This document shows positions 27,694 through 32,000 of a stretch of 32,000 nucleotides of DNA, piece after piece. A model generated the notes under the pieces. The model saw only the letters and a program-made list of their open reading frames with translations, was not told where the DNA came from and did not search any database. Source of the stretch: Methanosphaera sp. (lineage in GTDB: Archaea > Methanobacteriota > Methanobacteria > Methanobacteriales > Methanobacteriaceae). Position 1 is the stretch's first letter; every line of letters begins with the position of its first letter. The translations under genes and the position numbers were made by a program. Location: contig JAZUCJ010000022.1 in the NCBI GenBank assembly GCA_045639105.1, positions 46,032 to 78,031 on the forward strand, written 5' to 3'.

Positions 27694-28116
27694 TTATTCA
27701 TCTCTTACTTTGTCTAATTCTCCAGTTCCTGCACTGGTTAGTTTCACATGTTCAACCCCTTTTAGTCTCATGATTTTTTCTGTTAAATCTCTTATGTGAA
27801 TAATGTCTCCTTTGACGATAATCACTTCAAGACAGTATTGATCGTTCATGTGAATGTGTAAACTAGCATTAATTTGTTCTCGATAGTCATGTTGTATGTC
27901 TGTCATTGATTCCATGACGCCAACATAATGATGATCATAAATTACGGCTAAAACACCAACACGTTCTCCTTCCATTTCGTTCATCCATTGATATCTTAAA
28001 ATATAATCTTTCAATGCGTCACGAATACCTTTTGAACGAGATTGATATCCTCTATCACGTAATACATCGTCGAACTCATTAAGCAGTTTATTTGGTAAGG
28101 ACATGCTTATACGCAT
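27694..28116 (-). CDS. nikR: Nickel-responsive transcriptional regulator NikR
   Basis: 140 aa with an N-terminal ribbon-helix-helix (RISMSLPNKLLNEFDDVL). The C-terminal domain has H-x11-H-x-H-x5-C (QHDYREQINASLHIHMNDQYC). This is the spacing of the high-affinity Ni site of E. coli NikR. Confidence 0.92.
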   Translation of the reverse strand: MRISMSLPNKLLNEFDDVLRDRGYQSRSKGIRDALKDYILRYQWMNEMEGERVGVLAVIYDHHYVGVMESMTDIQHDYREQINASLHIHMNDQYCLEVIIVKGDIIHIRDLTEKIMRLKGVEHVKLTSAGTGELDKVRDE

Positions 28117-28150
28117 ACAATCTCTCCAAATTTTTTTGAATAATATAATA

Positions 28151-28165
28151 TATTGTAATACAATA
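28151..28165. promoter_or_regulatory. Perfect 15-bp palindrome TATTGTA-A-TACAATA upstream of nikR (candidate operator)
   Basis: Read directly from the sequence. It lies 35-49 nt upstream of the nikR ATG (28116), adjacent to TATA-like sequence and a GGAGAG SD. Confidence 0.4.
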
Positions 28166-28345
28166 ATATTATTAATATAAACTATATTTTTAATAATATA
28201 TAAGTTTATTAATTATGGGGTTGTTAAATAACAATATCCATAAAATATAGTTTAAAATTTTTAAAATAAATTTAAATTTTTATGATGCAAAAAGTATATA
28301 TATAACTTAAAATAGAAGTTATAAATAGTGTTACATCACTTAAAT

Positions 28346-28419
28346 GCAGCGATAGTCCAGTCTGGCTAAGACCCTACCCTGCCACGGTAGAGACCCGGGT
28401 TCGAATCCCGGTCGTTGCA
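28346..28419 (+). tRNA. tRNA-Gly (anticodon GCC)
   Basis: Hand-folded cloverleaf. The acceptor GCAGCGA/TCGTTGC is 7 bp with one G-U, the anticodon stem is CTACC/GGTAG, the loop is CT-GCC-AC and the T-arm is CCGGG-TTCGAAT-CCCGG. The discriminator is A and no CCA is encoded. Confidence 0.92.
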
Positions 28420-28439
28420 TCAATCATAATTTTACACAT

Positions 28440-28513
<74 letters not shown>

Positions 28514-28804
28514 CTAATTTTTACTTAAATTTTAACAATATTAACCAAATATAAGCTAATTTGCTATTTACTTTATAAATTATAACTCATTTTAATCAGA
28601 AACAATAAAAGCAGCAAAGAATTATCTATTTTTAAAACATTAAATTATACTTTTTAATCATTTATTAACAGCCAATAAAATAATATGATACTAAACATGT
28701 TAACCTAAACAACCTAAAAAAAATAAACAAATAATTAAATAAATACTATATAATAATACTATTAAAGAAAGAACATGATGTTACTTTTACTAGAAGGTTA
28801 AAAA

Positions 28805-29458
28805 ATGATAGGTATAATAGTAGGTGCAGGACGTATAGGTTATAACTTAGCAAAATCCATGGCCGAAGACCATGATATAACAATTATAGAAAAAGATAAA
28901 GAACTCTGTGACAAAGTCAGTGACACACTTGATTGCTATGTTATTCAGGGAAGCGGAACAAACACCCATATTCTTAAGGAAGCCGACGTGAAAAAATCCG
29001 ACTTTTTTGTCGCCGCAACGGGTAATGATGAAGTAAACTTATTATCCTCAGTATACGCCAAGGATCATGGCGTGAAAAAAATTATTTCCAGATTAAACAA
29101 TACCCAACACAAAGACATATTTGAAAGACTGAACATTAAAACCGTAAACCCTGAAGAAAGTGCAACAAGACTGATTGCCCGGACAATAATCAGGCCAACA
29201 GTACAGAAACTTGCAATCTTTGACAAGGGGGATGGAGAAATAATTGAAATACTGGTAAAAAATTCCAATTTATTGTATACGCCTATCTCCGAAATAGAAA
29301 ACAATACATCAAAATTTAAAATACTGACCATTTATAGCAAAGATGATGTTATTATACCTACAAATGACACAGAAATAGGCTTTGAAGACAGTGTGGTTGT
29401 TCTAGTAAAAAGTGAATATGTTGATGAAATTAGGGATTATTTCAGATTAGAAAATTAG
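28805..29458 (+). CDS. trkA: TrkA-type K+ transport NAD-binding protein (TrkA-N + TrkA-C)
   Basis: 217 aa with MIGIIVGAGRIGYNLA (GxGxxG Rossmann), DFFVAATGNDEVNL, and a C-terminal RCK_C-like segment (GEIIEILVKNSNLLYTPISEI). Confidence 0.85.
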   Translation: MIGIIVGAGRIGYNLAKSMAEDHDITIIEKDKELCDKVSDTLDCYVIQGSGTNTHILKEADVKKSDFFVAATGNDEVNLLSSVYAKDHGVKKIISRLNNTQHKDIFERLNIKTVNPEESATRLIARTIIRPTVQKLAIFDKGDGEIIEILVKNSNLLYTPISEIENNTSKFKILTIYSKDDVIIPTNDTEIGFEDSVVVLVKSEYVDEIRDYFRLEN

Positions 29459-29470
29459 TAACTTGATACA

Positions 29471-30583
29471 ATGACTTATGAAAAAATTTTAACATTATCT
29501 TATCATTTACGTTTTCAGGGAGTAAATGTAAGTATTCGCAGCACAATAATGGCTTCCACCATATGGGATAATTATAAGGAAAAATTCAATTTAAAAGAAT
29601 TAAGGGAAGCGTTGAAATGTGTTTATGTTAAAAATAAGGAAGATATCATAAAATATGAAAGATCATTTGACTACGTGTTTATCTATAATAGAAATACGAA
29701 AAATAATCCTGCAGACCAGGAACACATTGAAGTCAAAGAACAGATTACCCGAGGCCATTTCACCCAGGACAAACCTCTGGAAGACAGTACTCGAGAAACC
29801 ATGATTAGACGTCGGCTAGACAAGAAAGAAGTTGTTGATAAAAGTATTCTTGATGATGACCTTTCTAAATTAAACAGTATTGATTCCAGATATTTTGACA
29901 TATGTAACGAATTCAGTAAAAAAATAGCGAATCAACGTTCAATTAGAAAAAAGAAGAATAAGTCCCGTAGTGTAGATATACCAAAAACCATCAGAAAAAA
30001 TCTTAAAGTGGGCGGACATTTGATTGACTTGGTTACAAAGAAGCCACCCGTTCATAAATCCAGGCACATATTCCTGTGCGATATAAGTGGTTCTTGCGAA
30101 TGGGCTACCACATGGTTTTTCTCATTACTGACCGGTTGTCATGAATCCTTTGATAAAATTACAGTGGACGCTTTTGACCATAGACTGGTTGATGTTACAC
30201 ATGCATTAGACATAGAATACAGAAATTCATTTCAAGTAAATGTCGGTCTTCAATCATTAGGTCTTAGACCAAGAGGCCATTCCGATATGACCAAGGCATT
30301 TAGTGAATTTTTAAAAAAATCGGATTTGAATCATCATACGGATGTTATCCTGCTTACTGATTGTCGTGACTGGACTGGCAGAAGAATAGAGGGTATCCTG
30401 GAAAGTGCTACGATTTTACATCAAATTGTTGTAAAATCCAGGCAAGTTATAATATTAAATCCTGAAAATAAAATAAGGTGGAACACACCAACCAGTTGTG
30501 TAAAGGATTACCAAGAAGCTGGTGCTAAAGTATATCAAACAAGTAGTTTGAAAGAATTTGAAAAAATTATAAAGGATATTTAA
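29471..30583 (+). CDS. VWA-domain protein, CoxE-like
   Basis: 370 aa. The N-terminal LRFQGVNVSIRSTIMAS and basic linker are followed by a MIDAS-like FLCDISGSCEW. The later VILLTDCRDW and LNPENKIRWNTPTSCVKDY match the architecture of the CoxE-type VWA family. Confidence 0.72.
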   Translation: MTYEKILTLSYHLRFQGVNVSIRSTIMASTIWDNYKEKFNLKELREALKCVYVKNKEDIIKYERSFDYVFIYNRNTKNNPADQEHIEVKEQITRGHFTQDKPLEDSTRETMIRRRLDKKEVVDKSILDDDLSKLNSIDSRYFDICNEFSKKIANQRSIRKKKNKSRSVDIPKTIRKNLKVGGHLIDLVTKKPPVHKSRHIFLCDISGSCEWATTWFFSLLTGCHESFDKITVDAFDHRLVDVTHALDIEYRNSFQVNVGLQSLGLRPRGHSDMTKAFSEFLKKSDLNHHTDVILLTDCRDWTGRRIEGILESATILHQIVVKSRQVIILNPENKIRWNTPTSCVKDYQEAGAKVYQTSSLKEFEKIIKDI

Positions 30584-32000
30584 TCCTGATTTTCAAGTAA
30601 CTTATCAATGAATGACATGTCAACATTTGCCGTGAACAAATCGCCTAACTGATTATAGTTTACGCGTTTAGATTCTTTGAACTGATCACCAGTTAACCCT
30701 AACGGTTTTAAGCCTTTATTTATTCTAAGTTGATCTGTAAATTGTCTTCTGAATTCATAGTTATGGAATATGCCGTGGAAATATGTTCCGCATATATTAC
30801 CATTTACTGCACCATCATATTGGCAGCTGGAATCGTTTCCATGACCCTTTTCTATTTTAATAAATGGTTGTGTATCTTCGCCAAGAATTGTTATTGCTTC
30901 GTGTAATTCATAACCTGTTACTTTTGTACCTTCTTTGAATCCGAGCTCGCTATCTGAAATAATTGTACCTTCACTTTGTTTAACTACTTTTTCTATTTCT
31001 CCAAATTTAGTTACCATATCTATTAGTCCTAATGCTTCCACCGATCCGTGTTCGGATTCACTGCATTCCGGATCAAGAATTTCATTAGACAGCATCTGGT
31101 AACCACCACAAATTCCAAATATAGGTATTTCTTTGGCCAGTTCTTTAATTTTTTCAAATGCTCCTGATTTTTTAAGTTCTTCTATGTCATCAACGGTGTT
31201 TCTTGTTCCTGGAATTATTAATGCATCCAATCCTTCAAAATCATCGTATATGCTTACTAATTTTATACCTACATCTTCCTCATAATCTATTGGATCGATA
31301 TCTGTGAAGTTTGAAATTTTTGGTAGTCTTAATGTTCCTACGGTTATCTTTTCATTTTCACTAAACTGGTGTGTTGTTAATGATGCTGAATCTTCTTCCG
31401 GTAAATTTAAAGTTTCATCGAAAGGCATGATTCCTATGATTGGAATTCCAGTAATTTCTTCAACCTTTTCTATTCCTGATTTTAAAACGCTGGCCTCACC
31501 CCTGAACTTGTTAATGATAACTGCTTTAATTCTTTTTCTATCCTCTTCTGGAATAAGGTAATATGTTCCTACAATTGATGCAAATACTCCTCCTTGATCA
31601 ATATCGGCTACAAGAATAACATCTGCATCCGTGATTCTGGCCATTAACATGTTGGCTAAATCCTTGTCGTACATGTTTATTTCTGCTGGAGATCCGGCAC
31701 CTTCCAATATTATTATATCATAATCTTCTTTTAACTTATTTAATGAATCATTTATGGCTACTAATGCTTCTTCTCTGAAATTGTTTTGATAATCATCAAA
31801 TCTCATATCACCTGCAGGTTTTCCCTGAACAATTACCTGTGACAGAAATGCTCCTTTAGGTTTTAATAGAATTGGGTTCATATTACAATCAGGTTCTATA
31901 CCTGCTGCTTCTGCCTGCATCACTTGAGCTATGGACATTTCCTTATTATCAACTGTAGTATATGAATTTAATGACATGTTTTGTGATTTGAAAGGAGCTA
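30580..32000 (-). CDS. cobQ: Cobyric acid synthase; N-terminus runs off the right edge
   Basis: The ORF track starts at the internal Met 31977, but the frame stays open to 32000 (..APFKSQNMSLNS..), matching CobQ pFKaQNMaLNs. It has IILEGAGSPAEIN and a C-terminal GATase domain with GICGGYQML and GYELH. Confidence 0.9.
   Translation of the reverse strand, partial: APFKSQNMSLNSYTTVDNKEMSIAQVMQAEAAGIEPDCNMNPILLKPKGAFLSQVIVQGKPAGDMRFDDYQNNFREEALVAINDSLNKLKEDYDIIILEGAGSPAEINMYDKDLANMLMARITDADVILVADIDQGGVFASIVGTYYLIPEEDRKRIKAVIINKFRGEASVLKSGIEKVEEITGIPIIGIMPFDETLNLPEEDSASLTTHQFSENEKITVGTLRLPKISNFTDIDPIDYEEDVGIKLVSIYDDFEGLDALIIPGTRNTVDDIEELKKSGAFEKIKELAKEIPIFGICGGYQMLSNEILDPECSESEHGSVEALGLIDMVTKFGEIEKVVKQSEGTIISDSELGFKEGTKVTGYELHEAITILGEDTQPFIKIEKGHGNDSSCQYDGAVNGNICGTYFHGIFHNYEFRRQFTDQLRINKGLKPLGLTGDQFKESKRVNYNQLGDLFTANVDMSFIDKLLENQD

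Overview
AT-rich archaeal chromosome segment, roughly 30% GC by eye. It is almost certainly from a pseudomurein-walled methanogen of the Methanobacteriales (Methanobrevibacter or Methanosphaera-like). Supporting signs are PAN, aMBF1, NikR, tRNAs without encoded CCA, oligo-T terminators and Mur-ligase/MraY homologues in an archaeal context.

The first half is dense housekeeping: purQ-purS-purC, glmS, carAB, a GNAT, a P-type Ca2+-type ATPase, cbiJ, pan and mbf1.

The most interesting part is a block of 11 genes, all on the minus strand (27574 down to 16929). It reads PRMT-like methyltransferase, HycI-type endopeptidase, CarB-like ATP-grasp, MraY-like GT4, three divergent Mur-ligase paralogues, then two uncharacterised exported or membrane-anchored proteins and a small basic protein. 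I read this as the pseudomurein peptide-synthesis island plus unassigned neighbours. Those neighbours are the best candidates here for undescribed extracytoplasmic cell-wall assembly functions.

A textbook box C/D sRNA, absent from any ORF track, lies in the cbiJ/pan gap on the minus strand (14867-14931). Other points:
- a small exported protein whose tail is saturated with N-glycosylation sequons
- a CxC-X17-CxC insertion in one Mur ligase
- a perfect 15-bp palindrome upstream of nikR
- a tandem tRNA-Gly pair
- a trkA gene followed by an orphan CoxE-like VWA gene

No mobile elements, CRISPR arrays or recognisable defence genes were seen. purQ (left edge) and cobQ (right edge) run off the window.
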